64,000 bases of DNA, taken from IMG/VR virus record IMGVR_UViG_3300008114_000040, positions 1-64,000 of that record; one strand, written 5' to 3'. Origin of the DNA: a virus. Made by a program: the position numbers and the translations under genes. Shown here in pieces: positions 19,715 to 32,700 of the stretch. Position 1 is the stretch's first letter. Every line of letters begins with the position of its first letter. The notes under the pieces were generated by a model, which saw only the letters and a program-made list of their open reading frames with translations, was not told where the DNA came from and did no database searches.

Positions 19715-22219
19715 TTATATTTGGTTTATTTCAAAAGTGTATCCAGACATATTACAATTTATTGGTGTTGGAGGTGGTGTAGGACTAGGTGTTGGTGTTG
19801 GTGTAGGAGTTATCGTTGGTGTTGGTGTAGGTGTTATCGTTGGTGTTGGTGTAGGAGTTGGTGTGGGAGTCGGACTAGGTGTTGGTGTAGGTGTTGGTTC
19901 TGGTAATTCGCAATATACATCATATATTATATCCAAACCTAATGAAAATGAAGCGTCGGCTAATGGGTCGTAATCACCATCACAATTTGATTTTATTTGT
20001 AAAGTATTGTTAATTAAATCAATTTCATAACCACCAACTTCAGGTATTGTTGATAAAATACTTTCTATAGTTGTTTGCCATAAAATATCTTGAGGTACGT
20101 CATTTAATGTTGTTGCAGTATAGAATGTTTGTGTATACGCACTTCCGTTAATTTCTACTGTGGCAACAAATTCACCACTAACAAATGTACAATTAGTATA
20201 TCCCGACGTAATATCAAGATACCCCTCATTTAACATTTCAGAAAATCCTCTTTTTGTTCCTGTTGTTGTTTCAAAAGTATTTTCACATAAGGTAAACAAT
20301 TCATAACTAGTAATTAAAACACCAGTACAATTTATATCAAACCGATGTCTGTTTTGACAACCGTTACTATCAGTCACAAGAACACTATATGTTCCAGCAG
20401 TTAATCCAGTAACTATTGGTCCGGTTTGTATACCAGGTATATTATTAGACCACGAATATGTAAATGTGGGTTCACCATTATAGATTATAACTTCAGCTTC
20501 ACCATTGTTTCCGTTTGTACAATTAGTTGTATTTACTAATGAAAGTAAACCACCGTTTGTTGTTATCGCAAAACTATCAGTTATTGTACAACCATCAGAA
20601 TCAGTTACTGAGTATGTATATGAACCAGGTATTAAATTTGTAAAAGTATAAGAAGATAGTGGAGTATCAATGATAGATTGACCATTACTTAATACGTAAT
20701 CCAAAACACCAGTGTAACCACTACCAACCTCAAGGGTTATTGAACCATTGTTACTATTACAAGTTGAACCACTTGTTGTTGCACTTACTGAGAATTTTTG
20801 TTGTGAATTAACGGTTAATGTGTCTGTAAAAAAACAATTAGTACCTGAACCCGAAATAATTAATAAATACGTGTCATTTGATAAGTTATTAAATGTATAT
20901 GTTTGGTTTAGACTTGTATTTGTATAAACATCACCAGTTGATTGACCTGACAAAGCATAGGTGTAAAAACCACCATTACCGTTTAATTGTACACTTATTT
21001 GTCCATTATTTTGATTACAGTTTGAGTTTATAACGTTTGAACTTACAACATTAAAACCATTAGCCGGAGTAATATATGTGGTTAAATTTAATGGACAAAA
21101 ATTCGCGTCCCTAATATCTACACCATATGTCCCACCATTTAAATTTGAAATTGTAAAGCTATCACCGAAAGTGTATCCTACTTGACCGGTTGATGCGGAA
21201 TAATAAAGTGGTCTAGTACCACCGGTTATATTATAAGTTAAGGATCCGTCCGAAGAAAAACAAGTTGGGTTTACAGTTGTAATCAGTCCAACACCTAATG
21301 GTTGTGCTGCTTCAACAACAATACCTTTTGTTGTTTGACAACCTAAACTATCAGTAACTGTACAGGTATATGTACCTTCAGTAAGTCCCGTGATTAATTG
21401 TGTCGTTTCACCATTACTCCACAAATAAGAGAAAGGACCTGTTCCTGTAGCACCAGTGACAGAAATTTTTCCGGTGTTAATCACACAATTTGATGTATTA
21501 ACCTTCCAGAAACCAAAATCAACCTCAACACTATCGTTTATAACAACATTTTCAGTTGTTGCTGAACTTAGTCCGTAATCGTATACCTCAACATAATAAG
21601 TTCCAGCTGAAAGATTATTGAATATGTAGGGTAAACTATTTGTTGTTTGTGTTTGATTGAATTGACCGTCAGCATACAAAATCAAATTATATGGTGATGA
21701 TAAAGAAGTTGCCGAAACAGTTAATGATCCATTATTTAAACCACAAGTCGTATTGGTTACATCAAAAATATTAGTATAAAAACAATCAGAAATTATTACG
21801 TTTATAAACAGTTCTTGATTTATTGGTGAATCACTGTCATTCAATCTAAAAACATAAGTACCACCCGTAAGTCCACTATATAAAAAAGGACCATTTCCAG
21901 TCTGAGTACTTAACCCACTACCAATAGGTGATACCGGATCAATCGTATAAATAGGAGTACCGGCAAAGGGTGTTATTAAAGTTGAACCAGATGGATTAGA
22001 ACAAACACCAGTTACTTGAAAAGTATATGATAAGGGGCCTTGATTACAGTTTTGTGTACAAGTTGATCCCGTATCAAAAATAACGCCTTGAGTTGTTGCA
22101 GAAAAGTCAGCATCAATACAAACTTCAACTAATCCTGGTGATATACCCTCCTCTTTAACACCACAACAGTTTACTAAATTATAATACCCCCCTATTGTAA
22201 AACCAGTTATACAAGCCAT
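19715..22219 (-). CDS. Multi-SprB-repeat protein with C-terminal Pro-Thr tract
   Basis: About 7 SprB-type repeats (e.g. [36 protein letters not shown]) and a ~47-aa P/T tract near the C-terminus. Confidence 0.75.
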   Translation of the reverse strand: MACITGFTIGGYYNLVNCCGVKEEGISPGLVEVCIDADFSATTQGVIFDTGSTCTQNCNQGPLSYTFQVTGVCSNPSGSTLITPFAGTPIYTIDPVSPIGSGLSTQTGNGPFLYSGLTGGTYVFRLNDSDSPINQELFINVIISDCFYTNIFDVTNTTCGLNNGSLTVSATSLSSPYNLILYADGQFNQTQTTNSLPYIFNNLSAGTYYVEVYDYGLSSATTENVVINDSVEVDFGFWKVNTSNCVINTGKISVTGATGTGPFSYLWSNGETTQLITGLTEGTYTCTVTDSLGCQTTKGIVVEAAQPLGVGLITTVNPTCFSSDGSLTYNITGGTRPLYYSASTGQVGYTFGDSFTISNLNGGTYGVDIRDANFCPLNLTTYITPANGFNVVSSNVINSNCNQNNGQISVQLNGNGGFYTYALSGQSTGDVYTNTSLNQTYTFNNLSNDTYLLIISGSGTNCFFTDTLTVNSQQKFSVSATTSGSTCNSNNGSITLEVGSGYTGVLDYVLSNGQSIIDTPLSSYTFTNLIPGSYTYSVTDSDGCTITDSFAITTNGGLLSLVNTTNCTNGNNGEAEVIIYNGEPTFTYSWSNNIPGIQTGPIVTGLTAGTYSVLVTDSNGCQNRHRFDINCTGVLITSYELFTLCENTFETTTGTKRGFSEMLNEGYLDITSGYTNCTFVSGEFVATVEINGSAYTQTFYTATTLNDVPQDILWQTTIESILSTIPEVGGYEIDLINNTLQIKSNCDGDYDPLADASFSLGLDIIYDVYCELPEPTPTPTPSPTPTPTPTPTPTITPTPTPTITPTPTPTPSPTPPPTPINCNMSGYTFEINQI
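19763..19903 (-). repeat. Pro-Thr coding tract
   Basis: [47 protein letters not shown]. Confidence 0.9.
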
Positions 22220-25167
22220 TATCCGCAGTTAATTTGAACGTTTATACCTATATTTAGATATAGAGTTTTATTTGTAAAGTCATCATAACAACTTGAATTA
22301 CTAACTATTAATGTGTTTCCAGAAAAATAGTAGTTTAATCCATAATTATATAACGTTTGTAATTTTTGATCTATAGCTGTCAAAACTTGACTACTGGTTG
22401 GGTACCCGTTAAATCCATATCCTGTATAAAAACTTTCTTGAACTAAAATATCATTATCTAAACGACAATCAATATACCAGGTGGTAACTATACTATTGAA
22501 ATCACAAACTCTAGAGTCATAATTTTGACTTTCTAAAACCCCTTTAATTGTTGCTGATAAAATTCTAGGTATCGTATTTAAATTAAGTTTACATTCCAGT
22601 GTTTGATCAATACAATCATAAGCGAATACTTGTCCGTTATATTCACAAGGAATACAAGCAACCGGAATAAATACACAACCTCGTTGTCGTCTCCAAACGA
22701 ACTTTTGTCTATGGAAAATTGAATTTTCGTATTTTGCACCTGTTAACCAAAGTGTAGTCGCTGGTACTACTTGTTCCAATAATCTTTGCCAATGATCCCC
22801 TAAACCTAACGTATAGTCAATCATTTTTTGATATGTAAACTTATTGGACGGAATCCCAACCGTTTGTTCTGATTGTAAATATTTCCAATATATAGATTGA
22901 AGGGCTGGATAACCTCCCGTTTTTCCGTCTGTTATTGTTTGTCTGTTTCTTACATTTATTAAATTATTATAAAAAGATTGTGCAAATTCAAAAAATGTTT
23001 TTTCTTTTGGTTTTGGATTAACAAATGTCCAATCAATTGCTCCAGGATATGGGTAAGGTGAGGTTAATCCAGAATTTGGAATTGGGTAATTATATTTAAC
23101 TGACATGTCCCATACATCATAAATTAAACCTTGACCTACATTTACATTCAATTCAATGTTTTTTGAGTTGATAACCAACTTATCATTTGAGACGTTATAA
23201 TCAACCCCATTAAAGTTTGCGTTATTTTTTCTATTTCCAGTAGTATCTACGGCCCAAGATTTTTGGTTATCTGAAATTTTTGTTAAAGTATAACCTTGGT
23301 TCATATTTGGAAATTGTCTGTATCTGTCAAGATACTCTTGACCGTATGAATAAGGTTTCAGTTTTGTAACCACTGAAGGGTCATTTTGATTCAATCTTGA
23401 ATTTTCAAAATCAACTTCTTGTGGTGATCTATGTTTTGGTGATTTTTCAAACCATCCGGAACCTTGTTGGAAAAAATAATCCTCAGATGTGGATGGTGAT
23501 TTCGGAAACCCGTCGTCAGATATACCATAATCGGATGTGTTTAATGAAACCGTTTCAATTGTATTATTTGTTGTATAACCAGTGTAAGTCACCCCCAATA
23601 TTGAAAATGTATTTTGAGGATCAAATACCGGTGTTTGAGTCACGACCGTTCCTCCAGATATTTTGGCGTAGGACTCTTTAAAGTCATCAACACTCAATTT
23701 TGTATCTGCTAAGTATATAATTTCATTAAACTCAACCAAAGCGTCTGGAGCACCAATAAAACGCATTATATATTCCAAGGATTGTCTAGTCCCTTTTGTT
23801 TTAAACATATATGCGGCGTTTAATATTACATTTCTATAATATTGGTAATTCAGTTCTTGTGGTGTCATCGTTTCTGTTTGACCAGAATAAATTCGTTGTG
23901 GGGTTGTCTGGAATAATGAATCCAATAAAGTTTCATTGTTGATTGGTGATATATTGGTTTCAATACCCAACGTTTGTGCCAAATTAAATAATAGTTGTGA
24001 TGGTATATCGTTTTTTGGAATGTAGTTTACTGAATTCATAAAAGCTAAAGCGTCAATGAATTTTTTAACATCATCAAAACTTCTACCATATAACTGGAGA
24101 ATTTTCTCCATTTTTTGATCTTGGGTATCAAACTCTTTAAATGCCCCAGTAGTTAAAAATCTTGATATTAAATTTGTTCTAAATTCATCAAGATTTTCCG
24201 ATACTTGGTTTAATTGTTCCAAATAGGTGTCAAAGGATCCGGTTCTAATATCCAGATTCCATAAACCATCAATTAACCAAGTTAACTTTTTTTCTTTTGT
24301 CACATAATCACCATTATCGTTATATTCCGGATATTTAAAAGTGGCAGTATATTTTGGACTTACTTGTGTGTTTAATAAAAATTTCTCAACCTCATCAAAA
24401 GAATTATTAAATATTTCTTTTGTTTTAAGGTTGTTTGGTTTAATAACTAATGTTTTAGTGGTTGAACTGATACCAGAAAAGGGATCACCAATCACTACCA
24501 TATAAATAAACCCTTCACCAACTCTTTCTGTTGGTTCAAAATCAATAAGTGGATATTCTGTATCTAAATTCTCAACATACAATGCGTAATTCTCAAAATT
24601 TGAAGTAAGGTTTCTATATTCTGAAACTTTCATCGGTCTTACTTCAATGTTTCTACTGGCATTTACACTATAATCAATATCAAATGGGTTTCTAGTAAAT
24701 GGTGCATTCACCTCCAGTGTTGTTAAATTTTCAATTGGATCATAAACTATATTTGTAGCCGTTAACCCAGTAGTCAAAGAAAGTGTAGTTTTATTTACCT
24801 CTAATGCCGCTGGAAAATAGTTAATAATTTTGGTAACAGATGCTGAAATTCTTTTTTGTAATGAACCATATACCGTAAAACTTGTAACTTGTGATATATC
24901 AAAATTTGGATATACTTGAAAATTTTGTTGTATTAATCTTTTTGTTTGTTCAATATCAGTAATATCTAAGTTCTCTAAATTATATTTTTTGGAAAATACT
25001 CCTTGGTCAAACTTTCTGTTAACCTTCTCATAAATGGACGGTGTAAATTCAAAATTACCCTGTGTCAAGCCACCACCAGTCGTAAGTTGTAAACCTACAA
25101 CATTATCAAACGGTGTTTCAGATCCTACTGGAGGTGCTGGTGGGTAAAAATATTTTTTCTTAGCCAT
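22219..25167 (-). CDS. Baseplate wedge protein (P2 gpI / T4 gp7-like segment)
   Basis: LFNLAQTLG...[30 protein letters not shown] resembles the tail-protein-I KGT motif; located in the baseplate block. Confidence 0.55.
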   Translation of the reverse strand: MAKKKYFYPPAPPVGSETPFDNVVGLQLTTGGGLTQGNFEFTPSIYEKVNRKFDQGVFSKKYNLENLDITDIEQTKRLIQQNFQVYPNFDISQVTSFTVYGSLQKRISASVTKIINYFPAALEVNKTTLSLTTGLTATNIVYDPIENLTTLEVNAPFTRNPFDIDYSVNASRNIEVRPMKVSEYRNLTSNFENYALYVENLDTEYPLIDFEPTERVGEGFIYMVVIGDPFSGISSTTKTLVIKPNNLKTKEIFNNSFDEVEKFLLNTQVSPKYTATFKYPEYNDNGDYVTKEKKLTWLIDGLWNLDIRTGSFDTYLEQLNQVSENLDEFRTNLISRFLTTGAFKEFDTQDQKMEKILQLYGRSFDDVKKFIDALAFMNSVNYIPKNDIPSQLLFNLAQTLGIETNISPINNETLLDSLFQTTPQRIYSGQTETMTPQELNYQYYRNVILNAAYMFKTKGTRQSLEYIMRFIGAPDALVEFNEIIYLADTKLSVDDFKESYAKISGGTVVTQTPVFDPQNTFSILGVTYTGYTTNNTIETVSLNTSDYGISDDGFPKSPSTSEDYFFQQGSGWFEKSPKHRSPQEVDFENSRLNQNDPSVVTKLKPYSYGQEYLDRYRQFPNMNQGYTLTKISDNQKSWAVDTTGNRKNNANFNGVDYNVSNDKLVINSKNIELNVNVGQGLIYDVWDMSVKYNYPIPNSGLTSPYPYPGAIDWTFVNPKPKEKTFFEFAQSFYNNLINVRNRQTITDGKTGGYPALQSIYWKYLQSEQTVGIPSNKFTYQKMIDYTLGLGDHWQRLLEQVVPATTLWLTGAKYENSIFHRQKFVWRRQRGCVFIPVACIPCEYNGQVFAYDCIDQTLECKLNLNTIPRILSATIKGVLESQNYDSRVCDFNSIVTTWYIDCRLDNDILVQESFYTGYGFNGYPTSSQVLTAIDQKLQTLYNYGLNYYFSGNTLIVSNSSCYDDFTNKTLYLNIGINVQINCG

Positions 25168-26075
25168 TAACTAATAATGTTTGTAAAGTTCTTACTAAAA
25201 TCAATATTATTATTTCTATCTTGTCTAACTTCGTAAAGTAATTCATTGAAGTTATCTCTGATTTCAAATAAGTTGTATTGTTTATAAATGTTTCCGACAG
25301 TATCATAAAGTGTATAGATACCATCTTCCATACTTTTTGTTTGGTTACCATAAAGAGCAATAGCTAAAGTATCAATATCATGTTCAGCCATTTGTATGTC
25401 TATAGTAATTGGGTTAAAAAAAGTATTTGTTATAATGATATTTTGATTTGGTTGACCAATAAACGGAATCGCACTTGCTTTGTTTGTTGGTGATGATGAT
25501 GGTGAAAGGGTTAAAAATAATAAATTTGTTGGGTTGTCAACATACCTATATCTAATCGCTTTTTGTGATGTGTTAACTTGATCACTAATTACTGGTTCAC
25601 AATAAAACGATGATGTTACAATTCTGTAAAAGTTTGTAATTTTTGATCCGTTATCATTTAAATATTCAACTCTAAACCCAACCAAACCTTGGTTAACGAA
25701 TTTGTTTCTATATTGTGATGGAACTTGATTAATATCAATAATAAGTCCTTTTACGTTTGGTAATGCCGACAAAACACCACAATCAAGTATGGTCGTTCTA
25801 ATTTCGGCCGGTCTAATCATTAATGTGTAAATTCCAATTTGGTTAAACTCACTAGCCGGAAGTTTTAGGTTGTAAAGTCCACCTAGGATTTCAATATCCG
25901 GATTTCCACCTGTGTTATTGTTGTGAAAATAAGGCGTGAGAATATTTGTTGCATTTAATTTTTTTAATGTAAAATTATCTGTCACATCCCTAGATTGAGT
26001 GTAGTGTAAAATGATTTCAACATCCTCTGGTGAAACGTCCGCTGGTCTAACAATACCATATGTACCTAATGCCAT
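25167..26075 (-). CDS. Hypothetical virion structural protein
   Basis: 302-aa ORF translationally coupled to the next gene. Confidence 0.6.
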   Translation of the reverse strand: MALGTYGIVRPADVSPEDVEIILHYTQSRDVTDNFTLKKLNATNILTPYFHNNNTGGNPDIEILGGLYNLKLPASEFNQIGIYTLMIRPAEIRTTILDCGVLSALPNVKGLIIDINQVPSQYRNKFVNQGLVGFRVEYLNDNGSKITNFYRIVTSSFYCEPVISDQVNTSQKAIRYRYVDNPTNLLFLTLSPSSSPTNKASAIPFIGQPNQNIIITNTFFNPITIDIQMAEHDIDTLAIALYGNQTKSMEDGIYTLYDTVGNIYKQYNLFEIRDNFNELLYEVRQDRNNNIDFSKNFTNIIS

Positions 26076-26106
26076 TTTTTATTTTATAAATAGTTTATGC
26101 TCCTTT

Positions 26107-27195
26107 TTATGTTTGATTGATTTTGTAATACTTATAACCGTATCTGACAAGATCCCCGATATTATCAATTTCACCTAACCTTTGTAACGGTTCAAAGGCA
26201 CTATATTTACCTCGTTCAATGTAAACGTCACTTTGTACTTCAGGATCAAACACAAAATCAAGTAATCTTTCGTTTTTGGTCAACGCACTTATCACTATAT
26301 TATCTTGAGTAAACCCAGAACTTTCGGCGATATATATTGTTGAATCGTCATTAAAATCAAAATATTTAATACCGTTGATTGTATATTCGGTATATTCCGT
26401 GGTAATATTGTCTACTTGCCCATAAAGTTGGTTGTTTTTGAAAATAGGGTACCCGACCGTATATGGTGTTGGTCCATATCTTTTTAAATTAAACAACTTG
26501 GATGTTGTTACTCCAGTAACTGGGATTGGCAGTGACTCATACGAACTTGATATTTGCGAAAGAATATTTGTTTGTGAATCACCTGTAAAGATAAAGTTAT
26601 ACGTTGTTGGTATACCAGACCAATTTCCAGATTGGGGTGTCAAGGTAACGGTCCCTTGTAAGTTTGAAATAGTGGGTGTCACAAATGGTAAAAATATCTC
26701 TTTTTGAATAACTGTTGTACCCCACGTATTTTGTCCTGAAAGTGATATTGTGTAACTTTCAGGTGAATTAATATAGTTGTGAACTAACGGTTGGTTTGAA
26801 ATTGTTTCGGTTGGTGACCCGTCACCCCAGTCAACAGTAAACGTACTAAACGACAAAAACGAAACGTTAATATCACCAGATGTATTATATAGATAGACAT
26901 CGTATGGGGTTATTGTATTTGCTGAATATAAGAAATTAGTTAATATATCCTTTTGTAAGATATCACCATCAAACTCACTATACACCCCCAAATCATTTAT
27001 TGTTTGAGTAAAAAATATAGGTATGGTTAAACCGGTTAAAATAGATGACCCATTAGTACCTCCACTCAAAATATAGGTCATTCCGGAATATAATCCAAAC
27101 GTATTTAACCCACTATCACCACTATAAGTGATTGTTACCAAATCATTTTTTAATGATTCTGGTGATATTCTCAAACTATATCTTATTTCATCCAT
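26107..27195 (-). CDS. Virion protein with PKD-like domain
   Basis: FTVDWGDGSPTE...HNY....YTISL PKD signature. Confidence 0.6.
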   Translation of the reverse strand: MDEIRYSLRISPESLKNDLVTITYSGDSGLNTFGLYSGMTYILSGGTNGSSILTGLTIPIFFTQTINDLGVYSEFDGDILQKDILTNFLYSANTITPYDVYLYNTSGDINVSFLSFSTFTVDWGDGSPTETISNQPLVHNYINSPESYTISLSGQNTWGTTVIQKEIFLPFVTPTISNLQGTVTLTPQSGNWSGIPTTYNFIFTGDSQTNILSQISSSYESLPIPVTGVTTSKLFNLKRYGPTPYTVGYPIFKNNQLYGQVDNITTEYTEYTINGIKYFDFNDDSTIYIAESSGFTQDNIVISALTKNERLLDFVFDPEVQSDVYIERGKYSAFEPLQRLGEIDNIGDLVRYGYKYYKINQT

Positions 27196-28025
27196 TATGG
27201 GTTCACATATTCATACCATTTTATTGGGTCAGTACTATCACCCACTCTTAAATAATTAATAGTACCGTTGTTTTGTGGTTGTTGTTTAAAAATTTCATAT
27301 TCGTAGTTGTTATAATCCAAAACTACTTTATAATAAAAATACAAACTTTTATCAAAATTAAACTTATTTGGGCCACTTAATGTTGATTGTGGTTCATTCA
27401 TAAACCTTATAAATTGTCCGGTTTTGCCATTGAAAAATTTAGCCGAAACATAAAATTCATTTATATTAATATAATCCCTTTCTTTTAACCAATAAATAAA
27501 AAACCCTTCTTTATCGGCACCAACATAATCTAATATAAAATTCGGTTGTTTAACGTCAACAATAGTTGGTCCAATCAGTGCAGGAATACGAGTCCCTTGT
27601 TGTGTTGGGAGTATGACAGTAAAATAGGGTCTTTGTTTTTCACTTTTATTGGAGTCATAAAAGTCTAACTTGAAAAAACTTTTTTTAAAGGAGTTTGCAA
27701 AGTAATATAACTCAGACGACGTAAACCCTTGAAAGCCGTAATTAATTTCCCAATCCGTAATCGTGGCACTATTAATAGTTCCAAAAGTGTTAAAAAAATT
27801 AAATTGATAATTTAGTAATGTTGATGTTTGATTTGTTGGATATGGTGCGTTGGCAAACTTAGTGGTTTCAAAGTCGTCAATACCATTAATAATGTCTGAG
27901 ACTACATCAATTTCAAACTCATTAATTCCTTCCTCTCTACCGACATTGTCAAATTTAATATTAACCGGGATGTTAATATATTTGTCGTTAGCGGACTTCG
28001 CATATCTATAATAATTATTATTCAC
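27195..28025 (-). CDS. Hypothetical virion structural protein
   Basis: 276-aa ORF overlapping or coupled to its neighbours. Confidence 0.6.
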   Translation of the reverse strand: MNNNYYRYAKSANDKYINIPVNIKFDNVGREEGINEFEIDVVSDIINGIDDFETTKFANAPYPTNQTSTLLNYQFNFFNTFGTINSATITDWEINYGFQGFTSSELYYFANSFKKSFFKLDFYDSNKSEKQRPYFTVILPTQQGTRIPALIGPTIVDVKQPNFILDYVGADKEGFFIYWLKERDYININEFYVSAKFFNGKTGQFIRFMNEPQSTLSGPNKFNFDKSLYFYYKVVLDYNNYEYEIFKQQPQNNGTINYLRVGDSTDPIKWYEYVNP

Positions 28026-29745
28026 AATTATCTACTGTTGGTTCGTTTATTTCTATTAATTGTTGATTTATATCTCTTAAAATAGGATATTGTAAAAATA
28101 ATATTTCACTAAACGGATAGTGACTTCCATTTATAAAGGGATAGTCAACCCCAATATTATTGTTATCTATGTAGCCATAAGTATAAAGATCCCTCCAATA
28201 CCATGTATCGTCATATTGACTGAACCAAGCATAACCTGGAATTTTATCTACATAATCTTTATCACCCGACTCAACATAATCACTAAAAGCCCTTATTTGT
28301 ATTGGGTAATGTGGGGTATATAAATAACCGGATGGTAAATTTTGTGGTGAGTTATCATAAAATACAGTATCATTTAATGAATATTTGTGAAACATATTCG
28401 TTAATACGTACTCTTTTTGTTCATAATAATTATATTCACAAAAATCACCTTTTATAATATCACCAACATTTAAAAAATCATTATAATAAAATGTTTGACC
28501 ATTAATAAGATACGAACCACTTGGTATGTTATCTTTGTTATTCACTGAGTTTTTATCCCACCAGTTATCAACACTATTTTTCAAAAAATTGAATCCCCAA
28601 CCGATATCAATTCCGGTTGGTTGGTTATTTTGATTTGGGTATGGTTTGTTGAACCAACCCATATAACCTCTTTGAATTGTGGTTATGAACAGTTCGGTAA
28701 TTGGTTTGCCGTTGTTATCAATTAAACCCCCAATAGACGTATCTTTATCAAAAGTAAATGAAAATGTTTGAGTGTTATCTTTAATTGATACTCGTTGGGT
28801 TTGGTTTGGGGTTAATACATTATATTCTAACTTCCTTTTTATGGTAAATGGATTATTTTCAAACCCAGCTTTTGATATGTTACATTCGTTTGATGTTTTT
28901 AATACTTTATGTAGTCTAACATAATAAATTGATTTTGTTTCAGCAGAATTCGCTAGATTTGTGATTCGTTTTAAAGTCCCATAAGTTCCGGTTTGAATAT
29001 CTGTTGGGCTGTATTTTAAGTCATAAATTGTAAATACATTTTCTTCGGATAAATAGCTACCGTCACCTAACCCAAAAACCGTAAACACATTTTGACCATC
29101 AATTGGTGTTGATAACTCAACATAGTCACCTTCTTTTAAATTGTGTTTTGTCCCACAATAAAAATAAATTAAGTTTTTACCATTAAAAACACCCGAATCA
29201 ATTACATATGGTATACCATTACCACAAACAAAACCATTATTTGTTACGTTATATTTTTCATTTGTATATGACATTGTTTGTGCGGTCGTACTTGAAAAAG
29301 CATAAGTTACATAAAAGGACCAATTATAGGATGAGGCACTTTTATTTACAAAAGGAATATGACCAGTAATACCTTGGTCTCTACTTATTACGAATTCACT
29401 AAATTGTGGATAACCTTCCCAAGGTGTGTTTGGGTTTGATAATGTTGATGTTGCGTTTTGTATTGGGTTTGTGTAATACAAATCATTTTTAAATGGTGTG
29501 TATGTTGTTTTACCGGAAACTTGATTATTTACAACATTCACAATTTTTCCAGCCAATCTGAATTTATCACTACTCTGTCTTTCATTATCAAAAACTACTT
29601 GTTGGTCTACCAAAATTGTTCTATCACCCTCCACATATTCTCTCGTGTCAGAAAATAAAGGTGGTTGAACCCAAACCGGTTTGTTGTTATTTGAGGCAAA
29701 CCTTTTATTACCTAAAACAATCCTTATTTCACTTTCATTATTCAT
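28018..29745 (-). CDS. Hypothetical virion structural protein
   Basis: 575-aa ORF; TKHNLKEGDYVEL is a motif common in phage baseplate/tail proteins. Confidence 0.6.
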   Translation of the reverse strand: MNNESEIRIVLGNKRFASNNNKPVWVQPPLFSDTREYVEGDRTILVDQQVVFDNERQSSDKFRLAGKIVNVVNNQVSGKTTYTPFKNDLYYTNPIQNATSTLSNPNTPWEGYPQFSEFVISRDQGITGHIPFVNKSASSYNWSFYVTYAFSSTTAQTMSYTNEKYNVTNNGFVCGNGIPYVIDSGVFNGKNLIYFYCGTKHNLKEGDYVELSTPIDGQNVFTVFGLGDGSYLSEENVFTIYDLKYSPTDIQTGTYGTLKRITNLANSAETKSIYYVRLHKVLKTSNECNISKAGFENNPFTIKRKLEYNVLTPNQTQRVSIKDNTQTFSFTFDKDTSIGGLIDNNGKPITELFITTIQRGYMGWFNKPYPNQNNQPTGIDIGWGFNFLKNSVDNWWDKNSVNNKDNIPSGSYLINGQTFYYNDFLNVGDIIKGDFCEYNYYEQKEYVLTNMFHKYSLNDTVFYDNSPQNLPSGYLYTPHYPIQIRAFSDYVESGDKDYVDKIPGYAWFSQYDDTWYWRDLYTYGYIDNNNIGVDYPFINGSHYPFSEILFLQYPILRDINQQLIEINEPTVDNCE

Positions 29746-32700
29746 CTTGATTCAATATGTATTTTGTAATGTATCTATTGATTGTACTTTTCCCTTTGTT
29801 CAATCCAAAATAAAAATGATACGGTGCACCAACAATGAAACTATTCTGTGTTCCACTTGGGAATTGTGGGTTATTTATACCATTAGATGAGTTAAATATA
29901 TACCCTCTTCTACCACCATTAGTATCATTGAAATAAGGGGATATTGGTGAATTATCAAAACTTAAATCTTGGTATTTTTGACTATAAAACCCTCCGTTTG
30001 AAATATTTGTTGCCCAATCATTAGTATCCAGTCCAAATATGGTATTACCACCAGCTAAATTCCATTTGTAGAATGGGACCTCTTGTGTTTTAGGATAACC
30101 AAAAGTATAACTCAACGATGAATTAAATGTTAATACCCCCGGTGAAACTACTTTCCTATCTATTGTATTTGATGTAAAAAATACACCCATAACAATATCT
30201 GAGTTGTTTGAGATATAGAGATCGTTATCATCGTAAGTATCGTCATCAAACCCCTCAACACCATATTCAGAGTTAATACTAAAAAGTTGTGCCAAATCAC
30301 CATCAATTCTTTGTTCACTTCTTGAGAACATTTTATTAATTGAAGCATCCCCTAACCCCAAGGCTTGTCCCCAAAAGTTTGAATTAATCATTCTGGAAAT
30401 AAAGAATAAAGAAAGTAAGTCTGACGTATCTTTAAATGAGGTACTAAGAAGGGTATCTACATAATAACCTTCAAAATTTGGGTTTGTACAGATTTCTTTT
30501 GTAAATTCATCTTTCGGTCCCAAATCCATTACCGTTGTTGGAAAAAATATATTTCTTTCGTTCATACCTCCATAACCCGCCGGTTGTAGTGTTGGGTCTC
30601 CGAATGTGGCTCTTTTAGGTATTTGACCAATAAAATTTGTTCCGTCATAAGGTGTTGCTCTATAAAAAAAAGAATTTGTTGTTCCCTCAGTATAATAAAT
30701 CGGTCCTTGTCCTGGTCTGTATGTACTATCATATGAACCACAAAATAAATACTTTTTTGGTTGTCCAACAATATCAAAAATGGTTTGTTTTTTGAACGCA
30801 AACATATACAGTGTACCATTTACCCAATTGTTTTGAAATACGTGAGAAAAAATACCCCTACAAGCACCAAAAACCAATCTAAATCTTGATTTCCACTCGG
30901 TAAGTAATTTAATATCTTTGATGATTGAAACAATGAGTGGGTCATCCACCAAATAATAACACCCACCTTTCATTCTCTTACCATCGGGGTTGGCGTCACA
31001 CGGACTTAAAACTGTAAAATTAGTACCAGAACCATCATAACAATCAAGAAGTGTCATGTTTTCACAGGTTAATGTAGCAAGAACAACATCACTAGTTTGA
31101 CTTGGTGTGTCTCCCTGTGAATCTTGACTGTTACCATTACTATCAGTTGAGTTTGATATATTATTTGGGATGTTTAAATCATTAACACCTTGTATTGTGT
31201 AGTATGTAAAGTTGGAATTTAAATGTAACGAGAATGAGTTATTACCATCAATTTCAGTACTATCTGATGTCGGTAACCTATCGGATCTAAACACTAGTAA
31301 CTGACTATTGTTAATTTGTATATTAGATGGTGATTGATTATGGTAGGCCGGTGAAAAAGTTCTAACAAAGTCTGAATTATTTAGTATTGATCCTTGTTGG
31401 GTGTTTGAAGCCATTAAAGAACCACCTTCAATATTACCTTGGGTTAGAATATTATTAGTTTGATCAAATGTAATTGTATTTGGTCCCGTATTTAATGTAC
31501 CAACAAACGTTGTGTCGGACAAAACACCATCTGGTGAAGTAAACACACCTAAAGTAAAAGTATCCGTATTATATGCTTTAAAGGTGGATTGTGTTTTATC
31601 TGTTGAATTATAATAATGTGGACTATTATTTGTAAACGCACTAAACATTGTTTGGTTTACATTAAAACCGAATGGTTCATTATATAAATTACTTTGTAAG
31701 TTATTTGTTGTAATGTTATGTGTTTGTGGGGTTTTTTGGTCATTAAACCAGACACCCGAACCAGAGTTTGACCTTATCGGAATGTTTAAATAATACTCAC
31801 CTTCAACAATCAACCCATTACCAAATGTCTTACCAAATAAAGGTGATAAGTCGTATTTTATTGTTTGTTTTTCAGTGTACGGATCAACACCTCTAGTTAG
31901 AAATATAATTTCATACGTTTGGTAGTTTATGATTTGTTGGAGTGGGTATACGTCATAGGTACTAGTTGTAGGTAGACCAAAATCAAACTTTTGTTTTTTC
32001 TTAAACAAATACTTGTTAAGTAAACCACCAGATGGGGCTAAAAGTGTTTGATATTCTGAAACAGTACCACCAGTAATAACTTGAAAATACTCAATACCCG
32101 CGGTGTACTTATATGTTGAGGTATCACCAGTTACCCTAATATATATATTTGATGTTTGAGGTAATCCATTAACATCTATCCATGTTACTTGTTTTGGTAC
32201 TAGGTTCGTACTAGTTTGTGTTGTACCTGTCAATACATTTAAATTAGGATCTGTAATTGATGCTGGGTTTGTAAATGAAATTAAATCACCACTAGTGAAC
32301 GCATTTAAAGTTCCGGGATCGGCAAATATTACTAATACACTATCCTCAAACGGTTGGGATGGTGTTGAATTATTTATAGTGGTCCTAATCCGATTTTCAC
32401 CATCAAAATATCTTTGTCTTAAATTAGCTAAATTCATAGATTGTGTCAAAGTCACATCATAACCTAAACGTTTTTGTCCACCCACGGATGGAAACTCAGT
32501 GATTGGTGTTTTAATGAATTGACCAGACGGATATCCGGCGAGTACTTGTCTTATACCCTCATATGTTGCTTGTGGGTCACTTGAATTCACAGGTGGTGAG
32601 TAGTTATATGAATCAATAGTATTAATGTCACCCAACAAAATATTATTTTCAGATTCTATAGTTGTACTTAACGATTCACTTGTTTGATTTGTGCTAGGTG

